Positions 51,601 to 64,000 of a stretch of 64,000 bases of DNA are shown here, in pieces. The DNA is from Alloascoidea hylecoeti (taxonomy: Eukaryota), in assembly GCA_001600815.1 (NCBI GenBank), contig BCKZ01000004.1, positions 957,566 to 1,021,565 of the forward strand, in the 5' to 3' direction. The notes beneath the pieces were generated by a model. It was not told where the DNA came from, ran no database searches, and was given only the letters and a program-made list of their open reading frames with translations. The first letter of the stretch is position 1. Each line of letters begins with the position of its first letter. The translations under genes and the position numbers were made by a program.

Positions 51601-54200
51601 GATTTCTTTATGATTTTATACCAAATCGCGATCGGAACAATTATCGTTCCGGATATGTGCATGCAATATGCAGTCTCACAAATAACTTTAAGCTTTAAAT
51701 TGGTTAAACATTACAAAATAAGACCCTTCTTACATCGGATTTTCTAGTAAAATGATAACGCAATAATCAGGCCTATTATGCACAACCTTTTCTCATAATT
51801 TTTACTTGAAAAAAATTAGTTTTCAGAAATCCTTAATATAAGCTTAAAACTACTTGAGAACACTGAAGAGTCAGTGAAGACGGTTTGGGTGAAAGATGCG
51901 GCATAATTCTGCATGCGCATATGCTAGATATGTTGCATCAGTACCTGCATAATCGATATATTATTTCAAATTTCTAGGCCCTCGATATCGATGTATTATT
52001 CATGACCAATTGATTGTTGCCCATAATTGTGGTAAAAATGTTGAACATGTGATCTTTGTATGATATTAGAATAGAACAACCGTTATATTTTTATTTGCTG
52101 AAACAATTGCAAACAATGGTTCAGATACCGCCTCATTAATCCAAATATATAAATAATTGTAAAGTAATTGGCTTAATATATAACAAGTTTGATGTCAAAG
52201 AATCATAAACGTATGGAAAGCTTACATACGATAATTGTAAATTGTAATTAATTATAACAGATTGAAATATAATTTCCCGAAAGGGTAATGTGGCATCATA
52301 TGACTACCAATATTGACTAGAAACCTTCATAAAATCAATTTCAATGATTTCCAATTGCAATAAAAATACCCTAATTGTGGCTGGACCTCTACCATAACAT
52401 TGACAAAGGTTATTGCTGTATTTTCTTTCTCAGCCAAATTTACATTAGGAAAGAGCTACTGAATCCGACCTGAGCGTTCTCACTGTTAATAAATGCTAAC
52501 AAGTACTTGAGCTTACTGACTTACTTATTAACCAATTGCAATTTTACAAAGGTATATAGTGCTTTAGATATTAAAATGGAGACGCTATAGTTGTATAATA
52601 TATATTATATATACTTAAACCCCATGGCCAGAAGCTTTCTTTATACAATGTTCATTTAATCATACCTATCAATATATATAATTTTTGATTGACAAAACAG
52701 TACTTTCAATATTGGTAGAGCAATGAGCATTCGTCTTTGTTTTCGACCTAGTCTGCTAATTATATAATTATATATACTATAACTTGATATGCGTGTAGTT
52801 CATCAACATGGTTCTGCTTTAAGCTTATTATATATTGCTCAAGCTATATATATATCTCTTGATAGATTCTTAGATAAACAATGTTCATATATAAAATACT
52901 CCGTATAAAGTTTGACTGATGATCATGAACCTTCAGTATACTGCCAAACGAATATATATCCCGATTTTCATAGCTAACTAAATGCTGACGTTTCTTACTC
53001 CAATTTACATTTTACGTTTTCAATAAATGAATAAATCCGACAGCGACACATCCAATTGCGATACCAAGATTTCCAATTACTAGAAATTGTTCAGCAATGA
53101 TGATTTTTTCAAAGATAAGTTAATGTTGACTAATAAAAATAAAGACCGATATCTATAGCTAGAGGCTACCTTGGCCAATTGGTGAACCTTGCACTTTGAG
53201 CTCGAGGGTGATGAATATTGAACTGACTAATCAAGATAAAAAGGGATCTTAAACTTATTATGAATTAATTATGTATTGAACACGGGTAATGACCAGGGTT
53301 GTTCCTTTTCATCTTAATTTTGGAATATCTCTATATTTAAATTTAGCTACAGATATATATATTTATATGTATAGAAGTGAATGAGATTTAGAGTGCCTAA
53401 TTTCTGTTCAACTGGGTCAACAGTGTGTTGTAAAGGAAATGATTCAGCAGTTGAATCATGAACATATAAATATAGTTAAAATTATATGATTATACAATTG
53501 GGTTAAAAAAAGATGCCAATTGCAATGAGCTGCAGAGACGCTAATTTGAATAATAAAAGAGATATGATCCTAGCACTAAGCAAAATAAGCTAGTAAGTGG
53601 GAGTGAAGGTCATCATAAATCATCTGCGAGAGTACATGAAATCATAATTATATAACTAAAAAAGATTAACTTTTGGTATTTTACGCGTAGTTTTCCTTTA
53701 CATACACTTACTTGATGCATTATTTTATATTATTAATTGATCACTAGAATGTCTGCTGATCTTTTCTGAAGCTTTCCTGCTTTTTACGCTTTTCAATTCT
53801 GATCGTGACTCTTTCCAGACAAGAAAGTGTCAAACTACATTTTTGAGATCTTGAACCAAGATTTTACTCACTTTCGAGTTATCATTCTTAAGCTCATCGT
53901 TGATAACTTCACTGCAAGCTTGAGATTATAAAATAAAAACACGCGTATAATATTTAGCTAAATGTATTGAATAATTTGAATTCTATAAGCCGAAGAATAA
54001 TATTGAAGTGAAAAGTTAGAACTGCTTAGCAACAGGATAGTTTACTAGGCTACGACTGTCTTAGAACTGATAATTGTTCTATACGTCGATCGCATTTAAA
54101 TATAATTATATTAATATTCCTGCTTTCTCCTTAAAACTAACTAACCCTCTCCACGAAATAAAAACAGGCTACCGATAAATACAGCACTCTTTCCCTTCTA
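45620..54200. other. ~8.6-kb gene-free AT-rich tract of unknown function
   Basis: Only short hydrophobic junk ORFs (<75 aa) and no recognisable exons. Rich in TA runs and short palindromes. Confidence 0.7.
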
Positions 54201-54241
54201 TATAATAACCGCTCTAAACATATATATAACTTGGTTTCACT

Positions 54242-57200
54242 ATGTTAGTTGGCTCCACGAAAAGTGTCACGGATGAGCTTAAAATTCTGCCTCTTCTAAA
54301 AGAATCGGCTCCCGCTTCCCAAGAGCCTAAGACGAAGACCCATCCATCCAAATCAAGACATAAGAAGAGAAATGCGAGGAGGACATATTCCTGCGGTATG
54401 TGTCGTCGGATGAAAATCAAATGTGATAATAAGGTTCCCTGTTCCTCATGTATCAAACACAACAGAATTAGTCAGTGCTTGGACGATCCAGCGAATCCTC
54501 CATCCCCTAAAGTCGATTCAGCGTCAAGCCGAAGCACTAAAAAGGTTGAAAGCATATCTCTTAGTTACCAACAACATGAGTTACGTAATAAGAAACGCAA
54601 ATTGAGCGATTTCAATGTACCAACAATACCCGCTAGTGGGGCCGCCATCCAACTTTATTCAAAACCAGCTCATTCACACTCATCAGATCAACTTTTTCAA
54701 CAAGCTTCGACTCCTTATAATAAAAATGACAATCAAAATTCACACCCGACCCCAGCACATACAATGATGAGAGGTCAATCCGAATCCTCAGGTTTACCAT
54801 TTGCGGTCCCTAAATTTACTGGAAATGGACGTAGAAAGTCTTTGTCACCTCTTTCACAACCACAATCCATGGCTTCTATTATTCCGCATTTTAATTCGAG
54901 CAATTGTTCATGCACCAGCTCGCCGCCACTCTCAGCACCTGTGACCAATTCAAATTCCTTCGGACAAAATCTTTTTGATGAATTGCCACAGCCGGTTGGT
55001 GAAAGCACAATTTCAAATAAATTTGAAGAATGTCAAGATTTTGATCTTAGCCAGTTTCAGTTTGGCGTTCCGTATGCACCATCTTACACCATTAAAAATA
55101 ACTTTGACTACAACAATACTAATGCAACATCAATTATTGGTCCACGGGGAAATAAATTTCATTCAGATCAAGACAAAGATGCTGAGATTAATAGACTTCG
55201 AATGAGTATCGCACATCTTACAGAAAAATTAAGCAAATATTCTTTAAACAATATTTATATCTTTAATGAACCTGAAATTAACTGGAAAAATAGATTAGTA
55301 CAATTAATTCCAACTAGAGCTAAATGTGATGCTATTATTGAAGTATATTTAAGAAATGTTGATTATATTTTTCACACAGTTCATCATCCAACTTTTAGAG
55401 CTGAATTAAAAGAATTTTATGAATTGACTGATGTTAATGAGGTCAATCTTCATTGGTTATCATTGCTTTTTATGGTTCTTGCGATTGGTTGTTTACATCT
55501 ACCAAAAAAATTGGGGAAAGAACTATATGGAGATAATGAAGATACTGGGATGATATGTGAAAATTGGTTTAAAGCATCAAGACAGGCACTACAGGCAGCA
55601 AATTCAGATGAAGATGTTCAACTTGTTCAATTACAAACCTTTTCATTGACACAGGGTTATTTAGCTTTAACAAAACATGCGGAATTAATAAATTCTTTAT
55701 TAGCTAAAACTATCAGTCAAGCTTTAGCATTAGGATTAAATGTTGAATCAAAAGAAGATAATCAATTAACAAGAGAAATGAAGAGACGAATATGGTGGGA
55801 TATCTGTGGCTGTGATACGTAAGTTTTGATTCATAATTTACAATTATCGGTTATCTGGTCTAACATTTATGATTATAGATTTCGCGCTCTGACCCTTGGT
55901 AGACCACCATTAATAAGATCATATCGGTCACGAGTCCCATTACCTTCAAATATTGATGATATTGATCTTTCTGAGTCATCTAATGCTACTCCTAAACCGA
56001 TGCACATCCCAACGGATAATTCCTTGAATATAATAAGAGCTAAGATTATGCAAATATTAAATGGTGTTTTTGAATATTCACAAGATGTCTCATCCCCTAT
56101 TTGTCACACATTATCTGAAAATAATGATAATAAAATAGAACAGAAAGAAATTGGAAAAACAACAAAAGAAAAAGAAATTTTAATATTTAAAGGGCTTTTA
56201 AGAATTGATCAAGAATTATGTGAATATGTTAATGTTAGACCATGGTATTTTAAACTTGATAATAATGGAAATTTACCAAATTTGGATGGTTATTCACATC
56301 CTGGTAAATCTACAAAAGATATTGAAGATTTCAAATTAATGATCCGTTTCAGTCATCATATGATTCAAACATGCATTTGTATTCATAGATTTAGAGTTTA
56401 TCAACCATATTTATCATTGAATATTCCAATTGCTTGGGAGGTTTGTTTATCATCTGCTAAAACGATGTTTAGTGTTTATAGGAAATTACGACGAAAGTAT
56501 CCAAATTTGCAAAAGATAGGATATACAATGGCACAAGTTCATCAATCATTTTCATGTAGTGTTATTCAATCAATGATGTTATTAATTGAAAAGGATATAA
56601 CACAAGAAAATATTGAATATTTAGTTCATGATACAGATGTATTTGTTCAAGATTTAGCTGTTCTGAGCGCACAGTTTTATTATACAACATGGGATCAAGG
56701 TCTCGAAGTGATGAAGAAATTAAGAAAGTTATTCTTAACTAAAGCTAGTCATCGAAAGAGACATTCAACGAAATCATCCTATAATAGGAATGAGATTAAT
56801 TACGAACAGCGGGAAGTGATTGTAAAATCTGAGGAGAAAGATATAAATGTAGATAGTAATGAAAGTGATGAAGAAGAAGAAGATCAATCATCAGATCATA
56901 AAAATGACATATTGAACCACTTTTCAAGCTTTTTTGGTGGTAAGAAAAACACGGAGACATACTTAAGAGAAAATAAAGTTGATCTTATTATAAATACAAA
57001 GAAACAACAAGGTAATAGGAGTGATTCCAAATCAAGCTCAAGGCACACTAGCCAGGTAGTGGATGATTTAGAATTAAAAGATGTATCAGCACCAGTTCTA
57101 CGTTCACAAAATAGGGGAGAAAGGGAATTAAATTATGGAACAATTATCTCAGGAAATAATACTAGCCCCAATTACAAGTATGGGTCTAATGGTGTCATTA

Positions 57201-57757
57201 CAGATGATCAAGGAAATGTTAGTGAAGGGTCAATTTCACCTGAAGTTGTTCAAGATTTTCATCATAGTCATAGTAATTCTTTATCAGCGAATGATTCTCC
57301 ACAAAACAATTTTGGAAATCAAGTTGGAAATGTTCCCTCGATGGATGTTGTTGCAGAGTCATTCAAAGTCTGGGATGAAGTTCAGGATATTGATATGAAT
57401 AATTTTAGTACCCGTAGCAATAACAGTATTCAGTTGAATATGGGGATGGCTGAGCTGAATATGAACAGTAATAACTACGCACAGAACAAAGAATTAGGCT
57501 ATGAATATTTGGTTTCAAATAATGATACGGTATCAAATGGATTTATCTGTCATGGAAAGGAAAATACAGCTAGGACAGGTTATGGGATGAATCCTAGTAC
57601 TGGTACAAATGGGTTTGTTGCAATTGGTGGTGGAAATGGGGGCAACGTGAACATGAACATGAACACGGATGTTGCGGATCTATTCAGTGATGATTTATAT
57701 ATGGAGGAGTTAAACGAGATGATCATGGGATACTCAGGATCAGGATACAGGTTTTAA
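54242..57757 (+). CDS. Zn(II)2Cys6 fungal transcription factor with Fungal_trans middle domain, ~1151 aa; exons 54242-55818 and 55879-57757
   Basis: 'CGMCRRMKIKCDNKVPCSSCIKHNRISQC' cluster and 'REMKRRIWWDICGCDT|FRALTLGRPP...PSNIDD'. 60-nt intron GTAAGT...TCTAAC...TAG joins the two ORFs. Confidence 0.92.
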
Positions 57758-58414
57758 TCTTCGTGGGATACCAATACTATTTACTTTTGTTCATACTTAT
57801 ACATTATTTATTATTTATTCTTTTTTGTTGTATTATTTATAGTTAGATTTGTTTTATATATAGTTGCAATTGTTGAACAGAATAGACTCAAAAGAGCATA
57901 CAGTTAAAAAGTGATTACATATGAAAAACCTTAAAGGCACGGAGTTTCTTGTAGTGATGATTCTTGAGCTTAAAGCAGGAGGTTTCTTGGTTATTTAAAA
58001 GTTTTCCATCTATAGATTAACAATTTTAACAAGATCATCTTCCGAGCCTTTCGGATCAGCTGGAAAGTGAGTAAATTTTAGAGATTTTCAAGGTTTGTTG
58101 CTACCAAATTACCATATTAAGTTGGTCTGGGATCATTGCTTTTTTCTCGCTATTGTTAATTAGAGCAGATCAGCATAGTGCCAAGGTGGTTGGCTGAATA
58201 AGCAGGCAATGCTGCATAAAACTGACATTCTCAACGATAATCGATTCCTCCTAAAATTAATTTATCATTTGTTTAAATTTTGCTTATTTTCCTTCATCTT
58301 TTTGCTTTCTCCCCTTTTTCATATCAATCGTCCTATAGCTGATTTACTCGTTCTCCTTAGAAGTAAAAGTTGAGATTTTAACCCAACCCCATCTCTATAA
58401 ATAGAATACGAGCT

Positions 58415-59917
58415 ATGCGACCCGCCCTAATATCTTTAATACCATTATTATCAATAATACCAACTTTCACACTCGCTAAAAATGTTGCCAACGAGGGTTT
58501 CAAGATTGATTTTGTTGCTGAAAGAAACTCTGATCACTCAATATCAAAAAGGAAATATTCTTCTTTACGTAAAAGAAGTGAAGAGTATGCCGACTTTACT
58601 CTAACCAATGAGGATACTTTTTATATGGCAAATATATCATTAGGTACCCCATCACAAGAACTATCCGTATTATTGGATACTGGCTCTGCTGATTTATGGG
58701 TCATGTCCTCTGATAATTCATATTGTTCAACTGAAATTGATTGTGATACTTATGGCACTTTTGATGTTGAGAAATCAACTTCATATAAATATAACAATTC
58801 AGATTTTAATATTCAGTATGCTGATGATACTATGGCTATTGGTGATTGGGGTACAGACACATTAACAATTGGTGATTCAACATTAAAAAAATTTTCTTTC
58901 GCTTTAGCAAATGAGACAAATTCTACCATTGCTGTCCTTGGTGTTGGGTTTAGAGGCTTAGAAACCACTGCTTTGCAACAGTATACTGAAAATCCATATA
59001 CTTATGCTAATCTTCCAGAGGCGTTGGTAGAGGCCGGCCTCATAAACTCAAAGGTTTATTCCCTATATCTTAATGATAAAGATGCAACATCAGGTTCTAT
59101 TTTATTTGGAGCTGTTGATCATGATAAGTATTCAGGTTCACTAGAAACGGTTCAAATTATTAATACTTCTGGTGGCTCAAGTCCAATTAAATTGGAAATC
59201 ACATTAAGTGGAATAAAGTATAATACTTCTACAGGTACAACAAAGACATTAACTAGTACCAAATTCCCTGCTTTACTTGACTCAGGTACTACATTAACCT
59301 ATTTTCCACCCACTTTAGCATCAACAATTGCTAAAGCTGTAGGTGGCTCATATTCATCTACTGTTGGTGCTTACGTAATGAATTGTGAAAGTAGTGATAA
59401 TATAGCTATCGACTTTAATTTTACCGGTGCGATTATTTCGGTCCCATTAGCAAATTTCTTTATTCAAGTAACTTATTCATCAGGTGGTATAGCAACTTCT
59501 GGTGGGGATGAAATTTGTGCTATTGGTATTCTTGGAAATTCTGAGAATGCTTTTATACTTGGTGATTCATTTCTTAGAGCTGCTTATGCTGTTTATGATT
59601 TAGATAATTTTCAAATTTCATTAGCAAATGCAAATTTAGATTCTTCAAAAAGTAACATTGAAACAATTAATTCAACTGGTACTACAATTCCTGGTGCAAC
59701 AACAGCATCTGCTTACTCCCAAACATATAATGGCGTCGAAACTGGAACGGATCTTGGTGCAATGGGGACTGGATTGGATAGTGGTAGTACTTCTACATCA
59801 ACAGCCTCTGGAGTTAGTAAGAGTGGTTCAAAAGATTTAATCATGGGTGATAGTTTTTTTTATGCATGGTTCAGTCTTGGTATAACATTTATGACATTCA
59901 TTTATTATATTTGTTAA
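58415..59917 (+). CDS. Yapsin/SAP9-like GPI-anchored aspartic protease, 500 aa
   Basis: Signal peptide, KR propeptide sites, catalytic 'LLDTGS' and 'LLDSGTT', 'ILGDSFLRAAYAVYDLDN', Ser/Thr stalk and hydrophobic C-terminal GPI signal. Confidence 0.92.
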   Translation: MRPALISLIPLLSIIPTFTLAKNVANEGFKIDFVAERNSDHSISKRKYSSLRKRSEEYADFTLTNEDTFYMANISLGTPSQELSVLLDTGSADLWVMSSDNSYCSTEIDCDTYGTFDVEKSTSYKYNNSDFNIQYADDTMAIGDWGTDTLTIGDSTLKKFSFALANETNSTIAVLGVGFRGLETTALQQYTENPYTYANLPEALVEAGLINSKVYSLYLNDKDATSGSILFGAVDHDKYSGSLETVQIINTSGGSSPIKLEITLSGIKYNTSTGTTKTLTSTKFPALLDSGTTLTYFPPTLASTIAKAVGGSYSSTVGAYVMNCESSDNIAIDFNFTGAIISVPLANFFIQVTYSSGGIATSGGDEICAIGILGNSENAFILGDSFLRAAYAVYDLDNFQISLANANLDSSKSNIETINSTGTTIPGATTASAYSQTYNGVETGTDLGAMGTGLDSGSTSTSTASGVSKSGSKDLIMGDSFFYAWFSLGITFMTFIYYIC

Positions 59918-59946
59918 TTAATGAATGACGTTTATTAAATTCAGAT

Positions 59947-59967
59947 AAAAAAAAAAAAAAAAAAAAA
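59947..59967 (+). repeat. A21 homopolymer 30 nt downstream of the yapsin stop
   Basis: Direct reading. Confidence 0.9.
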
Positions 59968-62900
59968 GAACTATTATAAGACTTAAAATTTATTTTAATT
60001 TCTGGTTTTTTTTATTGAATTTTTGTAATTTTTGTTTTGTATCATTCGTTTATTCATTTTCATTGATATTTTTTTACTTCATTTAAAATAATTGGACAGG
60101 TATAGTTAACAATTGCATATCTCAATTAATTTATATTTTTTCATTACATTTCACTTCAAAAATCTCATAATTGTTTTAATTAATCATTATTCGAATACTC
60201 AAATTCCAAGTATTTAAATTTGCTATTACTTTTTTTTTGTTTTATACGATTCATTCTTTTCCTAATATCATTCATTAATAATATATTTATTAAAATTATT
60301 TTAATCCATGGATTCCATACTCATCGATTATGAATTTCAATTCCAATTGTAGATTTTAAAAAGCTTATAGTTATAAGTTCTAGGGAAGTAGTGTTATTAT
60401 CTTTTTTCTCACAAAAACTATAACTCTAAAATAGGTACTATTAAATTATTATTAGAGGTCAATAATATAAGTTTAACTTTAATTATAAAGACTGTAGTAG
60501 GTGTAAATATGATCTAGTGGGAATATTAATTGCTTTTGCCCAAGACGCTTCACTGATGCCGATAAGATACGAATGTGTGTTAATATCGACCACTTGTCGA
60601 CCTATTTTCGCCGTATTTTAAATTAATAATTCGGTCACATGATATAAAAGAATTCCACCAGTCATCTCACTTAATTTCGGCCACTTAAGGTTCAGAAAAA
60701 CCATGCATAGGATCATGATCAACGGCGACTCAACCCCAGGACTTTCAAAAACTTGAAAAATGTTACCATGTTATTACATCATCTGGGCGAATATGGGTCG
60801 ACAAGTTGTCGATATATTACACTGGTATTTGGGGATATGAAACGTGGTCGAAAATTAAGTTTGGGGACAGCCGATATGTGTTGTGTTATGAGAAATGATT
60901 TAGGACTCTTCAATCCAGATTTCAGAAAATTGAAACGTGTCCCACCGCATATTCTTCACGCGATTGACAGGTCAAACCCTATATTCTGAGGACCTAAACT
61001 CATGGAAGAAGCAAATATGAATACACCTCAAGGCACTTGACACGTTTGGCACTTGCTGACCACGATTTGCTGTTGACATATCACGAAAATTAAACAATCT
61101 TCCGTGTGACTGCCAATATATAATTCTAAAAACTGCCTCGCTTTGTCGAAAACTTTAAAGAAATTTTAGATTTTAAACACAAAATAATATTCAAGGAAAA
61201 CAATACTCCTATTCACGAAGCTGGCGTTACCGTAAGGGGAACTCCGAGCAGATTGAAGCGATGAAGCGACATGCAGGTGAACCCAATTGGGAAAGTGTTT
61301 AGAATCCTCGGCAAAGAATAACCAGCACTAGCCCTTATAAAACTATGAGGAGAGAGGAGAAACGAAAATAAAGGAAGATGGATCAACTTCGGGAATAAAT
61401 TAGTAATCCCTCGGCAGCATATAGGCTCAGATTTCTACCCCAGAACTGTATTTCGAATTCCGAAGGTGGTGAATGAATTAACGTTATTGAAAAATGGTGG
61501 CGGCCATATGGTAGGTTGAGCTCCGAACATTCATCCTAATACTCCCTAAATGATATAATTAGAAAGAGCAGATCTCCATGTTCTTTTTTTTTTCTTTTCT
61601 ATAAAGTATTCTCCTACCTTAATAGAATTTGTGTCATCTGTGACTGAAATATAGTTGAATATACTTAAAAAAAGTTCTTGAACTGATCTAATTAGATAAA
61701 TTACAATTATATACTGCAGTATTCCCCTCCAATAAGCTTAAGTACCGAATTCAGAATAGAGATACTTATAATATAATTGTATTACCGGTAAGATCTTTGT
61801 TCTATAAACAGATCAATATTAACATTAATCTTTTTACGCATAATTGATTATATTTACAACTTATACTCAATTATATAAAATCAATTGGTGTAACTATGGA
61901 AAAATTTTAAGCGCTTAATAAAATTTCCTTTGAAAACGACAATTGATCATGCCTGATAATTAAAGATATAAAGCTTTCCATTTCATATAAGTTAGTACAA
62001 AAATACATAATTAAATGGTGGGACGTGACTAGTAGAATTCCGTGCTCCTACCAACACTTATAATTCATAGCTACAGTGTAATGTAATTAGCTTCGGTACC
62101 CAGACAAACATAAATTATGCAATTCGGGAAATTTTATGATAATATATCAAATAACAGAATCATGTATACTTTCTCCTACAATAAATGAAAAGTTCTAACC
62201 CTCCATGTAAAGGGTGGATATTTGGTCTACTTTTTTAATTGTTTTTTAACCAACGTAACAGTGATTACTCTGTAACTTTTCAAACTTATTTACTTTTGTG
62301 TATAGTAAAATCACAACTAGATTAATTATTCATGTGTTCATAAATTGTTGGTACTCGCCAAGTTTTCTTTAGTAATAGGAAAGATATTGAGATGGGGCTT
62401 CCATCAATTTGTGCCAAATTACTTTTACTTTGATTAGTGAAATCTTTTGCTATGACTGATAAATATTCAGAAGTTTTATCCGAATACAACACAGGTGTCA
62501 GATATATTCATTTTCTTAAGCTCGTCTATCACTCGAAGGCATTAATGAAGAGGGGATATTAGCTATATATAGCTCATCATTGCTAATTACATCATTAAAT
62601 AAATAATAATGTTTATTGACGCTGGAAAATGTCCAGTTGTAGTTCTATAGGTTATAGAGTTCAACTAGATAAGTGAATAGGCCAAATTAGGTATTCATCC
62701 GTCTCGATAGTTTGGTCATTGATCCGTCATTTCTTCAAATAATTTTAAGGACGAAATCCTGTGGTTTGGACGTCTTGTACCAGGCTAATGAAGTCCGAAG
62801 ATTAGTTGATGAAGTCGGAAAGTTGAGGGGTAATGATTGGTGAGGGTCATTCATTAAAAATGTCTTGTTGGGGTTGGAATGAACTATTTTGGGACTCTTT

Positions 62901-64000
62901 ACTCGGAGCTTTCTTGGAGTGGCGTTGGCAATAATTACTTTTTTGCGAACTTGTGAAGATCTGCTCGCTTTCGGCATGGTTCGTTTGGGAGAGTGTCTCG
63001 GACTGTCTCCGCGCCATTGGTTAAGGGAGGTTGGAATATAGAACTATAGATAACGATGATCTCATTTATAATTGTATTCCATAACGTTAGCCAGCAGCAA
63101 AGCACATAAGGCCTTATATATATTAGATCTAGATACAATACATATAATTATAAGTATATATATATGAGGCGGTATAAATTACAGTATACTGCCTGGAGCT
63201 CAGATCTAGAAATGAACGTATTAGGTATTACGTAGAGTCATATTCAAAACGCTGATTATACATACGACAGTTTTATTTAAGTTGTAATGTAACAAAGTCA
63301 GTGTGGGGATTGGGCAACGTGCCATCGCCGAACCCGATTTCTCACCATTTAGGTAACAATCAACGTATTTATGCCTTCAGCTTTCACGAAGTATAATACA
63401 TAAGTACTTGCGTTTTTTGTTGTTGTTGCATATAGCGCTAGCTATAAGGTTATAGAATATACATGCTATAACTTATAACATATATTCTTCATATTTGTCC
63501 ACCGTTATCTATATAAATTTAAATCATACATTTTTGATATATGTTAAGAGTTATCAATAAGTTTCACCCTCTAGATGTTTCAAGCAAGGTTGAATATGAA
63601 TTTAAAAGAGGGTTTTCGGTTCTAGATTTGCTTAAAGTTTATCTATTATTATACCCAATAAATGGCATAATCTTCTCAGCCGGCTCTTCGGAGGTTCTTG
63701 GAATTCATGGTCTGTGCAAATTTAATATAAGGACTCGGAAATTTCAAGAGTTATTACCAGATTAGGTATAATATGATCACATGATCGCGTTTACGTCAAT
63801 ATTAACAATAAGGTAAACGAGGAGTTGCATATGAAGAATAGTCAACCATTCATTTGAGATCCAACCTCCTCCCACCACCCTTGTCCACTCTGCTGGAAAA
63901 TGGTAAGTCTCGGTGATTATGAATTTATATAGGTTGCGATTGCAATTTGTAGATCAATTCGAGATATTGCATAGCGTATGAGAAAACGGTTGATGGTTAG

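Noticed and set aside
46886..51747. Short ORFs within the gene desert
   Set aside because: 62-71 aa, Ile/Tyr-rich composition expected from random AT-rich DNA, with no motifs.

Overview
Eukaryotic nuclear DNA from an AT-rich, fairly intron-rich budding yeast (Saccharomycotina, probably outside Saccharomycetaceae). The code is standard: CTG aligns to Leu in SWS2. I rebuilt 24 protein-coding genes, 13 of them spliced, with 17 coding-region introns and 2 likely 5'UTR introns. Order: RPC82 (5'-truncated), SKI3, ATG13, PZF1/TFIIIA, RPO26/RPB6, MLC2, TFB4, BNI4, SWS2, ARG5,6, AGX1, DNAJC9-like, CCDC25/JLP2, COX12, GRC3, HSBP1-like, RRG7, SNU66, SLY41, BUD4, FIP1, RPL43, an ~8.6-kb gene-free AT/TpA-rich tract, a Zn2Cys6 transcription factor, a yapsin, and a gene-free last ~4 kb. 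Main observations: (1) an apparently obligatory 1-nucleotide exon in CCDC25; (2) RPL43 has a 9-nt exon splitting the ATG, preceded by a 5'UTR intron that can fold into a nested stem capped by an AGNN (Rnt1-type) tetraloop; (3) AGX1 has two in-frame ATGs separated by a presequence-like extension; (4) three microsynteny blocks shared with S. cerevisiae; (5) sharp GC islands at divergent promoters. Gene names come from recalled family motifs, not database searches. Splice models were read by eye and frame-checked. No tRNA, rRNA or CRISPR features were found.
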